Source: Eledone cirrhosa
Taxonomy: Eukaryota
DNA length: 64,000 bases
NCBI GenBank assembly: GCA_964016885.1
Contig: OZ024741.1
Span: 14,446,001-14,510,000 of the forward strand
Direction of reading: 5' to 3'
A model generated the notes under the pieces. That model made no database searches. It worked only from the letters and a program-made list of their open reading frames with translations, and had not been told where the DNA came from. Below are positions 25,095 to 36,897 of this stretch, one piece after another (positions within the stretch are counted from its first letter, which is position 1; every line of letters begins with the position of its first letter). The translations under genes and the position numbers were made by a program.

Positions 25095-26435
25095 GCTTTC
25101 TTTATTAACCACATAAGTTTACATAAAGTAGACATTAAGGACAATACAGGACGGTATAAATGGGCATTTCTGCGTGTAAAAAACAAAAACAGAGGGTGTA
25201 ACAAAAAAATTACAATGAAAAACTCCCCAATACGGGGGAGACTTCCGAGGGACATTCGTGGACAAAGCCCATTAAGAAGCCACAGTGACCCTGACCACCA
25301 GGTCAAGTGCCCTCTACCAGTTTTCCACCTTTAATTTACAAACACATACTCAGAGTAGGCCCATTCACTTGGGCCATTCTTGCCTCTCTCACCCATCTTT
25401 CAACAAAATGCTGGGAAGAGAGCACTTCCCTCTCTACCCTGATTTTCCTTTTCAAATGAAATTTGAAAAAGTTAATCAGGGCATCACCGAAGAGGTAAGT
25501 GCTCGTCTTCAGCCCTTTCAAACGTGTCCACCATACTATCTCTTTCGCCATGACCACCAGACAGATAAAAACTGCCTACCCTTCCCGGCTAAAGGAAGAG
25601 GGCGGAGCAATCCTCACGATGGACTCAGCTGATAGCTGGATCCGTCCTACACACGACAGCAGGTGTTCGACATAAACCCACAAGTCAGCAACGCTCGGAC
25701 ACTGGACGAGTGCGTGCAGGACGGTTTCGTCGCCCTGCGCGCATCTCGGACATGCCCGGCTGACGGCACCTCCATACCTGTAGAGTTTATCCCGAACTGG
25801 CAAAGCTCCTCTGTAGCACTGCCAGGCCAGGGATTTCTGGAAGTTGTCCATAGGCCACGGCCCGAAAGTCCTTCCGAAGAGATTCGCTAGTTCATTTTCG
25901 TCGAAGCCTAGAGGTTCCCCAAGTACGTCGCCGCTCTTCCCCTCCACTAATCCTCTATAGAACGCCAAGGTGGAGTTTTCACCGATCACATTGCCCGATT
26001 GGTCGAGGGCTGTGAGCGCCTGAAGACATTCCAGTCTCCAAGCGCCCCCTCTCGGTCTTCGCTTGACCCAGGACTGCAGCTCCGTCAAGGAGACGAACTG
26101 GGGAAAGACGCGTCTAGCAAACGGCGACCACACCTGATCACCGTTGAGGAAGAGGTGGAGATGTCGTAGCCTGAGCGCGTGTCTGCGCATCGTCAGCCAC
26201 GGCATGCCCAGCGCTCCACGTAGCGGGTGTTGACAGCAGATGGACCGCCTGACCATCGGAGCGCGTCCCTTTAAAAAAAAACGAAAGAGCAAACGCTCCA
26301 GCGCAGTCAGGCGGGGCTTAGGACAAGGTACGACGGTCAGGCGGTAGTAGGTGACGAACGCGATGTACGCGTTACCCACCTCCGCTCGACCTTTCAGGGA
26401 TAGCTTCCTCTCCGCCCATCTCTGGGTGAGAGAAG
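25095..26435 (-). mobile_element. 5'-truncated Tx1 copy 3 (3' ~1.3 kb)
   Basis: Homologous to the ORF2 C-terminus and 3' UTR of copy 1; internal stop at 25576. Confidence 0.93.
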
Positions 26436-26459
26436 GAGAAGGAGTATGTAGATAGAAGA

Positions 26460-27590
26460 AATGTGAAGTAGAAGTGTGAGGTAGAAGTGTGAGGTAGAAG
26501 TGTGAGGTAGAAGTATGAGGTAGATGTATGAGGTAGAAGTGTGAGGTAGAAGTGTGAGGTAGAAGTATGAGGTAGAAGTATGGGGTAGAAGTGTGAGGTA
26601 GAAGTATGAGGTAGAAGTGTGAGGTAGAAGTATGAGGTAGAAGTGTGAGGTAGAAGTGTGAGGTAGAAGTATGAGGTAGATGTATGAGGTAGAAGTGTGA
26701 GGTAGAAGTGTGAGGTAGAAGTGTGAGGTAGAAGTATGAGGTAGAAGTGTGAGGTAGAAGTATGAGGTAGAAGTATGGGTTAGAAGTGTGAGGTAGAAGT
26801 ATGAGGTAGAAGTGTGAGGTAGAAGTATGAGGTAGAAGTGTGAGGTAGAAGTATGAGGTAGAGTGTGAGGTAGAAGTATGAGGTAGAAGTGTGAGGTAGA
26901 AGTGTGAGGTAGAAGTATGAGGTAGAAGTATGAGGTAGAAGTGTGAGGTAGAAGTATGAGGTAGAAGTATGGGGTAGAAGTATGAGGTAGAAGTGTGAGG
27001 TAGAAGTATGAGGTAGAAGTATGAGGTAGAATGTGAGGTAGAAGTATGAGGTAGAAGTGTGAGGTAGAAGTTTGAGGTAGAAGTGTGAGGTAGAAGTATG
27101 AGGTAGAAGTGTGAGGTAGAAGTATGAGATAGAAGTTTGAGGTAGAAGTATGAGGTAGAAGTGTGAGGTAGAAGTATGGGGTAGAAGTGTGAGGTAGAAG
27201 TATGAGGTAGAAGTATGAGGTAGAAGTGTGAGGTAGAAGTATGAGGTAGAAGTATGGGGTAGAAGTGTGAGGTAGAAGTATGAGGTAGAAGTATGAGGTA
27301 GAAGTGTGAGGTAGAAGTATGAGGTAGAAGTGTGAGGTAGAAGTATGAGGTAGAAGTGTGAGGTAGAAGTATGAGGTAGAAGTTTGAGGTAGAAGTATGA
27401 GGTAGAAATGTGAGGTAGAAGTATGAGGTAGAAGTGTGAGGTAGAAGTATGAGGTAGAAGTTTGAGGTAGAAGTATGAGGTAGAAATGTGAGGTAGAAGT
27501 ATGAGGTAGAAGTATGGGGTAGAAGTGTGAGGTAGAAGTATGAGGTAGAAGTATGAGGTAGAAGTGTGAGGTAGAAGTGTGAGGTAGAAG
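26460..27590. repeat. 13-bp minisatellite (GAGGTAGAAGTRT)n, ~85 units
   Basis: Visible directly; the 343-aa ORF over it is an artefact. Confidence 0.95.
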
Positions 27591-28032
27591 AGGAGGAGGA
27601 GGGTTAATAAGGTTTTAACTCCATCTAATACTTTACAGATCACACACATCGCCATTGTCAAGTTCCGCTCCAGATGTGTCTCTCTAATCTCTATATATGT
27701 ATACATTATATATACTATATATACTATATATACAGTATATACACTACTATACATTAGCAGACTGGCTCTAAAAGCAGTGGTTGCTATGACGAGACAAAGG
27801 AGCCCACCCACAAATACAATACTATCATTTAATGTTTTTATCGAATAAATAAAATTCTAAAATCCTCTCTATTTCTATGTATGTAATTGACCGTAAAATT
27901 GTAAAGTAAAAATACGGATTTTAGAGTATTTTAAACATTTTTTACTTTCTCCAATAAAAAAAGATGTGAAATAAACACATCCCAAAATAGCAGTAAAGAG
28001 CTTCGGTCTCTCTCTGTCTCTCTCTCTCTCTC

Positions 28033-28136
<104 letters not shown>

Positions 28137-28166
28137 TAAATGCGTGAAATCCTTGGTACAGTTAGG

Positions 28167-28342
28167 TATATTTGAAAAAAAAGGAAAAGAATGACTTCAC
28201 TTGTAGTTCTAAACAATTTGATGTAATTTTAAAATACTATGAGTTGGTAGATCTAACAACTCATAATATTATAATATTATAAAATGAAATAAGATTGTTT
28301 AGAACTACAAGTGAAGTCATTCTTTTCCTTTTTTCAAATATA
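28167..28342. repeat. ~50-bp inverted repeat (28167-28217 / 28296-28342) with ~80-bp spacer
   Basis: tttgaaaaaaaaggaaaagaatgacttcacttgtagttctaaacaat ... attgtttagaactacaagtgaagtcattcttttccttttttcaaa. Confidence 0.85.
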
Positions 28343-28349
28343 TATATAT

Positions 28350-28576
28350 AACGAAGGAGTTGTGGTAAGGAACCATATGGACCATAACGCACTAGAGTAC
28401 TCAATACTTAGGGTAGTAGAGTAGGTAAAAGGAAAATGTTTAACCCCGACGGCAGAGCTCAAGCCGTTTCGACGGCTATTTCTGGACTAAAATACAGTGG
28501 ACTATTATTCTGGACTATTTTAGTCCAGAAATAGCCGTCGAAACAGCTTGCGCTCTGCCGTCGGGGTCAAACATTT
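28350..28576 (-). mobile_element. Fold-back (palindrome plus ~80-bp tail) element, probable mini-PLE
   Basis: Arms aatgtttaaccccgacggcagagctcaagccgtttcgacggctatttctggactaaaata / tattttagtccagaaatagccgtcgaaacagcttgcgctctgccgtcggggtcaaacatt. The tail is the reverse complement of that in the 39.7-40.4 kb copies. Confidence 0.8.
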
Positions 28577-28619
28577 ATATATGTGTGTGTGTGTGTGTGT
28601 GTGTGAGGGTGTGTGTGTG

Positions 28620-28865
28620 TAGGTGAAATTGGAAATAGAACGGAAAATATATTTTAGGGTCTGTTTTTCTCTGATTCGTCAAAGTGACATTATTGAAAAT
28701 ATGAGAGGGACAATTCTTTATATAAAGTATATAAAGTTTTACCGGTTTCGATGTATTATTAAAATTCATCTTATCAAATGTCTTACAATTAAAAAGAATT
28801 AATAAGAATTAAAAACTAAAAATTAAGGATTTCAAATTAAAAGCTAAGTTTTTTTTCATCTTCAT
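28620..28865. repeat. Unclassified AT-rich dispersed repeat; inverted homolog at 53820-54095
   Basis: aaatatattttagggtctg...gagagggacaattcttt...accggttt matches the reverse complement of 53820-54095. Confidence 0.75.
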
Positions 28866-28897
28866 CAAGATATATATATATATATCCATATATATCC

Positions 28898-29011
<114 letters not shown>

Positions 29012-29509
29012 GATGATGATGAAGGCTACAACTCGATTTCGAGTAATGCCATCGCTTGATACTTCAGCATGAGCATCACAGATGTGGTTTTTTAGTCCTG
29101 CTAAGAACTTGCCTGTGGCCAGCAATACCATACATCACAAAATATAGCATTTTTAAGTGAAGAAAGGCTTTGTGCGGGGCCAATCCCGATCTCTGAACAT
29201 CAAAACACACTCACACACATATACACACACATATATATATGTGTGTGTATATGTGTGTGTGGGGTGGGGGTGGGGGGTGGGGGGTTGTTTATGGAAGAAA
29301 TAAACAGAAATAACAAAGCATATGACAGTACAATGATGAAATATATAAGTTTATGGCTTGGAAATAGCAGGATGTGAGTATTTACGTTTCGGACACTAGT
29401 CCTTCATTAGAAGATATAAGACATAAAGGACGAAATCGAAAGATAAAAAGTAAGGAGAGGATGGAACATAAAAGATGAGAAAAAACCACACGTGTGTGGT
29501 ACTCAGTCC

Positions 29510-29802
29510 CACATGTGTGTGTATGTGTGTGTGAGTGTGTATGTGTGTGTATGTGTGTGTGCATGTGTGTGTATGTGTGTGTATATGTGCGTGTGTGTGT
29601 GTGTATGTGTGAGTGTGTTTATGTGTGTGTATGTGTGTGTATGTGTGTGTATGTGTGTGTGCATGAGTGTGTATGTGTGTATGTGTGTGTATGTGTGTGT
29701 ATGTGTGCGTATGTGTGTGTATGTGTGTGTATGTGTGTGTGTATGTGTATGTATGTGTGTGTGTATGTGTGTGTTTATGCGTCTATGTGTGTGTATGTGT
29801 GT
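29510..29802. repeat. (TG)n/(TATGTGTG)n microsatellite
   Basis: Visible directly. Confidence 0.95.
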
Positions 29803-29841
29803 TATATTGTTGTTGTTATTGCCATTGTTTATATTATTATT

Positions 29842-30030
29842 GGTGGATTGGCAGTATCAGTAGAGGGTCGGACGCCATGCTTTGCAGCAAGGAGTTACGG
29901 CCCTTTATGGTCTGAGTTCAAATCCCGCCGAGGTTAGCTTTGCCTTTCATCCTTACGAGGTCGATAAAATAAAGTACCAGTAATACACTGGAATAATTGC
30001 TGGCCTTGTGCCAAAAGTAGAAACAATTAT
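29842..30030 (+). mobile_element. SINE-A copy in an (ATT)n context
   Basis: Head, core and tail are all present; flanked by attattatt. Confidence 0.88.
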
Positions 30031-30474
30031 TATTATTGTTGTTTTTGTTATTAATGTTGTTGTGTTGTTAGTCAACTCCCCCACCCTCACCCAACCAAAC
30101 CTCCTACATCACCTTTACGCATGCGCCACATTTCTTTCGTTCTCTGGCCCTTTTTTCTTTCATTTCCATATGAATTTCTCTCTCTCTCTTTAACTCTCTT
30201 ATCTTCTTTGTCACTATCATTTCCCCCTCTCTCTTCCTCCCTCTCTTCCTCTCTCTCTATTCCCCTCTCTCTCTCTCTTTCTCTCTATCTCCCTTCCACC
30301 CACTCACCTTGTTTCACTCACTTTCTCTAATTTTCCTTCACTTTCCCTGTTTCTCTTTCTTGCCCTCTATCCCTCTTTCTATCACACCACCTTTCTCTCT
30401 CCTTCTTTTACTCACTCTTTCTCTCACTCACTCGTTCTCTCTTTTAATCTCTATTACTCCCTCTTTCTCCCTCA

Positions 30475-30581
<107 letters not shown>

Positions 30582-30931
30582 GTGTCTTTGTCTTAATCAA
30601 TGAAACAGTGCCATTTAATTTCACTTCCTGCTTTACAACCATCACCCATGTTTGGAAGCGGAAGGTCAGAGCAGGTCAAAGGTAAAAGGTCAGAGATATT
30701 ATGTTATGTCATTGGCTGTTGTGGTTTTTTTTTCCTCTGACCAATTGTTAATTGGTTAACTAATTAATTTTCAATTCTTGCCTATCTCCCACAGACGTTA
30801 ATGTCTGCCGTGTCGGCATGAAGGGAGGAGGCTGGTGGTGGAGGTGGTGGTGGTAGTGGTGGTGGTGGTTGTGCCGTGTTGCTGCTTTATAACAGACTCG
30901 GTGTTCTGTGCGAGATAAGATAAACAAAAGC

Positions 30932-31088
30932 AGAAGAAGAAGAAGAAGAAGGAGAAGAAGAAGAAGAAGAAGAAGAAGAAGAAGAAGAAGAAGAAGAAGA
31001 AGAAGAAGAAGAAGAAGAAGAAGATGATGATTCAGCAACAACACCAATAATAATAATAATAAATGATGATGATGATGATGTTGATGAC

Positions 31089-31118
<30 letters not shown>
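30932..31118. repeat. (GAA)n, (AAT)n and (GAT)n microsatellites
   Basis: Visible directly. Confidence 0.95.
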
Positions 31119-31119
<1 letters not shown>

Positions 31120-31619
31120 GACACGAGGCTAAAATTTTGTAGTGGACAAGTAAATTCAATTGAATTATTGTCCTTATTAATGGACTTTATTATTACGATC
31201 ATCTTCATCTTCAACCTCCTCATCATTTCTGAAGCGTGAGTCATGGTTGTTTTATCGATTCGCTGGTTGTTATCATTTTTTGTTATGTTGTTGGAGCCAT
31301 TTATTCGATATGTTCATTTTCTCTGAAATACATTGCTGGTTGTTTTATTGTCCGTCTCTATTGCGAAAACCTTTTCAGCTCTGTCATACACTATCGTTTT
31401 TTTTCCGTGTCACTCCATATTGGTGCCATACTTTCTGCTATCATACACGTCAGGTGGTTTCACAACTGGAGGTAGTCTTGTATTTTGTGATCTTAGAAAT
31501 TACAGAAAAAGGCATGGTGTCGCTTGGTTATACGAAGTGAAGGGGGGAGCAAACAGTAAGAAATAGGTGGAGATCCAATGTAAATATCCAAACCTTCAAT
31601 AAAATTGGAAACGAGAAAA

Positions 31620-31990
31620 ACATCATCTTTTCTCGCTCACTTATTCCTGTATGGATAGTGGGGGAAAAACCCTCAAAATCTCCTCCCTGTCGCAACCATC
31701 TCCAGCTGATCCAGCTAGATCCCCAAGCGAGACCAGCCAAGAACCTGGATGTTATCCAACCATCTTGTTCGGTGTCTACCACTGGGTCTCCTGCCGGTTG
31801 GTTTGAGACATTCTAACCACATCTCTATAGTATTAGAGCTGTTATCTCCCAATTTGGAGTGAATTTCTCATCTCAGATCTACGCACTCTATAGGGTAACA
31901 TTACTCCAAAGACCCTTCGGAGAAACCCCATTTCGACCGCCAGTTGTATTTGCGTTCGTATTCTTTCGGTTATTACCCAAGATTCATGAT
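31620..31990 (-). mobile_element. Degenerate 3' end of an RTE-clade (Rex3/Expander-like) LINE
   Basis: Translations HESWVITERIRTQIQLAVEMGFLRRVFG...RVRRSEMR and PTGRRPSGRHRTRWLDNIQVLGWSRLGI resemble the Rex3/RTE C-terminus; ends in a short gatgatg tail. Confidence 0.75.
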
Positions 31991-33159
31991 TGTTATTTCG
32001 CCCATTTGTTTAGCTCCTCATTCCCAGATCTATTATCACCAGCAAGTTGTGTGACAAGAGGTGTTCACATTGATTCCTCTGGGGTATTGTAGACATATCT
32101 GGGGATCTGATATAGAGATATATTGACCATGTGGCAGTGGGTGTTTCCCGGTCTGTAAGGGAATCTCAACATGGTGGGTCGACCTGCTAAAGTTAGCAGC
32201 TCTCTAAGCACGCTCCAACAACGTCCTACCGTATTAAACATACATATTACTGATTGAATAATGAAGTCTGTGGGTAAACTAGAGGTGAAAGACACGGAGG
32301 TCACCACTAGAATCCCTTTGATCTTGGCTTTGTTTAATCAGGGCTGACTTAGGGGGTCTAAAAACAACAACAGCTGTGTCTCTTAGGTCCACCTGGACTT
32401 TCTGATACAGTGGTTGATGTGGATCTTTTTGGTGGTGTTGATGGTGTTGGTGGTGGTGGTGGTGTGGTGATGTTGATGGTGGTGGTGGTGTTGATGGTGG
32501 TGGTGGTGGTGGTGTTGATGGTGGTGGGGCAGTAGCGGTGGTGGTGGTAGTGGTGGTGTTGATGGTGGTTGTGGTGTTGATGGTGGTTGTGGTGTTGATG
32601 GTGGTGGTGTTGATGGTGGTGGTGGTGGTCGTCGTGGCAGTGGTGGTGGTAGTGGTGATGTCCATGATTTATGAGCTGCTTAACAAAAGCAACAACGTTC
32701 AGAGGGGGGTGCTCATAAAGATATCACGGACACAAAGGAAGTTCAAACAACAACAACAACGATAAGAACAGCAACGACGGCAGCAACAACAACAACAGCA
32801 ACTGTTAGTGAATGCGGACGTCGAAAATTATAATGAAAATAACAATAATAACAACAATATCAACAAGATTATAAAAAGAAGATTAACAACAACAACAAAC
32901 ATGAGCCAATAAGACTGTATGAAGTTGCTTGACTGATTAACTAGAAACAGCAGTCAAATCTCAACTGAAATCACACCATATCATATCTTAATTATAGGAA
33001 GTAGGCATTAGATAAAGTAGTTATAGATACACTAGAGTAAAATAGCGTGAGATAGTGAAGGCTAGTGTACATGCAGGGTCCCGTAACTTCTGGGGAAGTC
33101 GTTGGGTGCCGTGTCAACATTACGGTGTTTCGAGGGTTGGCGGGATTTGAACTACGTTC

Positions 33160-33495
33160 ATTTATGTTCTGAGTTCAAATGCCGCCAAGGTTAACTTTGC
33201 CTTTCATCCTTACGGGGTCGATAAAATAAAGTACCAGTAATGCACTGGATAATTGCTGGCCTTGTGCCTAAAGTAGAAACAATTATTAAGACGTATATCC
33301 CTGTATCAGTAGGGCGTCGGACAACATGATTTATGGCATAGAGTTACGGGCCTTTAACTTTAAATCCCAACGAGGTTAGCTTTGCTTTTCATCCTTACGA
33401 TAAAATAAAGTATCAGTAATGCACTGAGGTAAATTTAATCGACTTTCGCCTCCTCCAAATATTGTTGGCCTTGTACCTAAATCAGAAACAATTAT
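33160..33495 (+). mobile_element. Two tandem SINE-A-type copies (~33160-33288, ~33300-33495)
   Basis: The core and the ggccttgt.cctaaa..agaaacaat tail each occur twice. Confidence 0.8.
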
Positions 33496-33859
33496 TTATA
33501 TTAAAACCTGATGAAGCCCATCTCATCTCCTCGTCTCAATACAGCATATTTTTTCCAGAGAAGAAGAGAAGGATAGAAAGTGAGAGAATGGGAGTGAAAC
33601 AAAGACACAGAGAAAGAATCGACCCCAGTGTTTGACTGGTACTTTATTTCTCGACCTTGAATGTATGAAAGGCAAGAATGTATGAAAGGCAAGGATTTGA
33701 AATCAAGAGCAGAGAGCGAAGTTGAGTACTGCAAACGATTCTAGCTGATGTTCTATCGCACGGCTAGTCTACCTTTGACTATATATCTGTCCATTCAGGG
33801 CCAGATCAGAGCTGACATGGGGCTAAACAACAAACAGAATGACCAAAAAGAACAACAAT

Positions 33860-34044
33860 AATTGTTTCTACTTTAGGCACAAGGCCAGCAATTACCCAGT
33901 GCATTACTGGTACTTTATTTTATCGACCCCGTAAGGATGAAAGGCAAAGTCAACCTCGGCGGGATTTGAACTCAGATCGTAAAGGGACGTAACTATGCTG
34001 GAAAGCATGGCGTCCGACCCTCTACCGATACTGCCAATCCACCA
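33860..34044 (-). mobile_element. SINE-A copy, nearly identical to the 18740-18943 copy
   Basis: Shares the subfamily segment gatcgtaaagggacgtaactatgctggaaagc. Confidence 0.9.
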
Positions 34045-34164
34045 CATAATAAAAGAAGGACAGGAGCCGAGCGTCAAACCTGACCGAGGAAACAATGGTT
34101 CCATTTGTCTTTTCTTGTTGATACAATCTACCACTCCTAACGCCTTCTACCTGGCTTAAAACGA

Positions 34165-34595
34165 AAAAAGAAAAAAACCTAAGGGATACAATAAAATAGC
34201 TCCCATGACTTTCAGAAACATTTTCTTCACACTCAGAGTTGCTGAAACATGGAACAAACTACCTGCACCATTCGTTAGCTGACACTACACCTGATATTGC
34301 CTCTCCACACGCATGTGTGTGTGTGTGCGTCTGAGTATATATCATGGCTCGTACACTGTCCAGTTTCCTAATTTTGTACATTATTCAAGGGCGGTGGATT
34401 AGCAGTATCGGTAGAGGGTCGGACGCCATGCTTTGCAGCATAGAGTTACGGCCCTTTATGGGCTGAATTCAAATCCCGCCGAGGTTAACTTTACCTTTCC
34501 TCCTTAAGGGGTCGTCAAAATAAAGTACCAGTAATACACTGGGCTAATTATTCTATATTCACCGTTGATGAGTTGTAGTGCACCTCAGCAATAAT
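34165..34595 (+). mobile_element. CR1-like LINE 3' fragment interrupted by a SINE-A (34389-34545)
   Basis: HFxFTLRVAETWNKLP-like translation at ~34200-34270 resembles the CR1 C-terminal FFxxRVxxxWNxLP motif. Confidence 0.6.
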
Positions 34596-34666
34596 TTTTA
34601 AATGCTTCTGCAATATTTCTTTTACATGGGGGCTGTACCCCTTGCCATAAACCCCACCCTAAGCTA

Positions 34667-34830
34667 TCAACTAATACCGTTGATGTCTTGCTTAAACTGT
34701 TGTAAGTGATCTCCTACTGGAATTACTGGAACTGAGTGGGAGTTCCAGAGGGTTGAAGTTCTGGGGCGGAAGGACTTGTAGTAGTGGTTAATGTAATGGA
34801 CTGGGTGGGGCGAGGGGTTGGAGACTACAG
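34667..34830 (-). mobile_element. CR1/L2-group LINE extreme 3' coding fragment
   Basis: HYYKSFRPRTSTLWNSH...LQQFKQDIN resembles the SFFPRTxxLWNSLP...LxxFK C-terminal motif. Confidence 0.6.
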
Positions 34831-35439
34831 GGTTGATGATAGTTGGGGGAGACGTGTAGGTCGGGTGGGAGTTCCAGGGGGTAAAGTTGATGTTTGTGGT
34901 GGTGGTGGTATTTAGTTCTTCCATCGATCCACTATCACTACACCCTACCATCACCCCACACCAGCACCTCCATCTTGAAGTCAATATCTCCACTCCCACC
35001 ACCATACCATCTATACCCCCACCACCATACCATCTATACCCCCACCACCACCACCACCACCATGACAACCACCACCACCACTACGACCACACCACCACCA
35101 CCACCACTAAGACCACACCATAACCACCACACTCACCCCTCCCACCACCACCACCACCACTCTAATACCAGAAGGTAAGCCAGAAATATATATAAAAGGT
35201 GAGCGTGAATTGAGGCGAAGGTAAAAAGGTTTTTATGACCCTCACTTCATTGATCGCAGGTGCTCCGTATGTGAGTGTTGTTAGCGGTGGGGGTTTGGCG
35301 GGGTTGTGTGTATGTTGGTGGCGGTGGGCTTGTGTGTGTATGTTGGTGGGGGCTTGGGTGTGTGTATGTGTGTTGATGTGCATGTGCGTATATACATGTT
35401 TGTATATGTGCATCTGTATACATACACATACTTATATAC

Positions 35440-35476
<37 letters not shown>

Positions 35477-35501
35477 TGTATGTGTGTGTGTGTGTGTGTG
35501 T

Positions 35502-35542
<41 letters not shown>

Positions 35543-36007
35543 TATGTAGGAACAGTAACCAGGTATTTATCAAGTCTTTAATTCGCTATCTTCACATTTT
35601 ATTGTACTTTCTGTCATATTTTTCTCACGGTGTCTTTGTAAATGTTTATATATCTCTGGTTGTACGTCTGTGTATATATGGCCGTATGTGTATATATACG
35701 ACCGTATGTGTATATATATGGCCGTATGTGTATATATGGCCGTATGTCTGTATACGGCCGTATGTGTGTATACGGGTGCATGTGTATGACTATGCGCGTG
35801 TGTATATGCGTGTGCGTGTATGCATGTGTGTGAGTGTGCTCTCTCAGTTTTATCCTTTTCTTTCGTTATATGTATGTATATGCATATATATATATATATG
35901 TATATGTGCGCGTGTGTATGTATATATATGGATGTCTCTCTCAATCTCTCTCTCTCTTTCTCACTCTCTCTCTCTCTGTATATATATACATATATATATA
36001 TACATAT

Positions 36008-36102
<95 letters not shown>

Positions 36103-36353
36103 TGTTTTACCACTTATATATATATATATATGTATAAAACTTTGATAATTTTGCTAGTGTACGTCAATTATTGGTTGAGGCTCTGACAAAATTAATAGCG
36201 GCCACCTGGCGAAGTCTTTTAAGTCATATTTCATATTGAAGTCATTCTTTGGATACCATGGCCCACTCAAGTAGCAGTTGTTCTGCTGGCCGAAACATAT
36301 CTGAGTGTGGGTGGCTCTTCTTAAAGCATTTAGTCCATATATGTGCGTATATA

Positions 36354-36443
<90 letters not shown>

Positions 36444-36852
36444 TGTAATAAACAACATAAGATAATTATTTCATTTACCAGTGGTTTCTTGAAAGCAAAT
36501 GAAATTTGCTTTCATTCATTAGAATGAAAAAATCCTGGTGTATTTATTGACCGGATTTTAAAAACAAAAATATAATCTATATGAAAGTGAGGCTGGAAAA
36601 GGAAGAAGGAGGGGAAAAGAAGAGAGAAAAAAAAGAAGAGGAAAAGATATAAAAGTAGATAAACAGTCATGCACACACACACACACACTACACACACACA
36701 CACATATACATACATATAAACACATACATATACACATACACACATATATATATATATATATAAATATATATATACATATATACATATATACATATATACA
36801 CATACAGACACATATATATGTATATAGACACATATATATGTATATATATATA

Positions 36853-36895
<43 letters not shown>

Positions 36896-36897
<2 letters not shown>

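Noticed and set aside
29384-29412. Minus-strand ctaatgaaggactagtgtccgaaacgt as a hammerhead (also ~40525-40575)
   Set aside because: Core mutated or with an extra base, and no stem I/III with a cleavage triplet could be formed.
31415-31495. Possible terminal host exon on the minus strand (SQNTRLPPVVKPPDVYDSRKYGTNME*)
   Set aside because: Weak acceptor (AAG) and no homology recognised.
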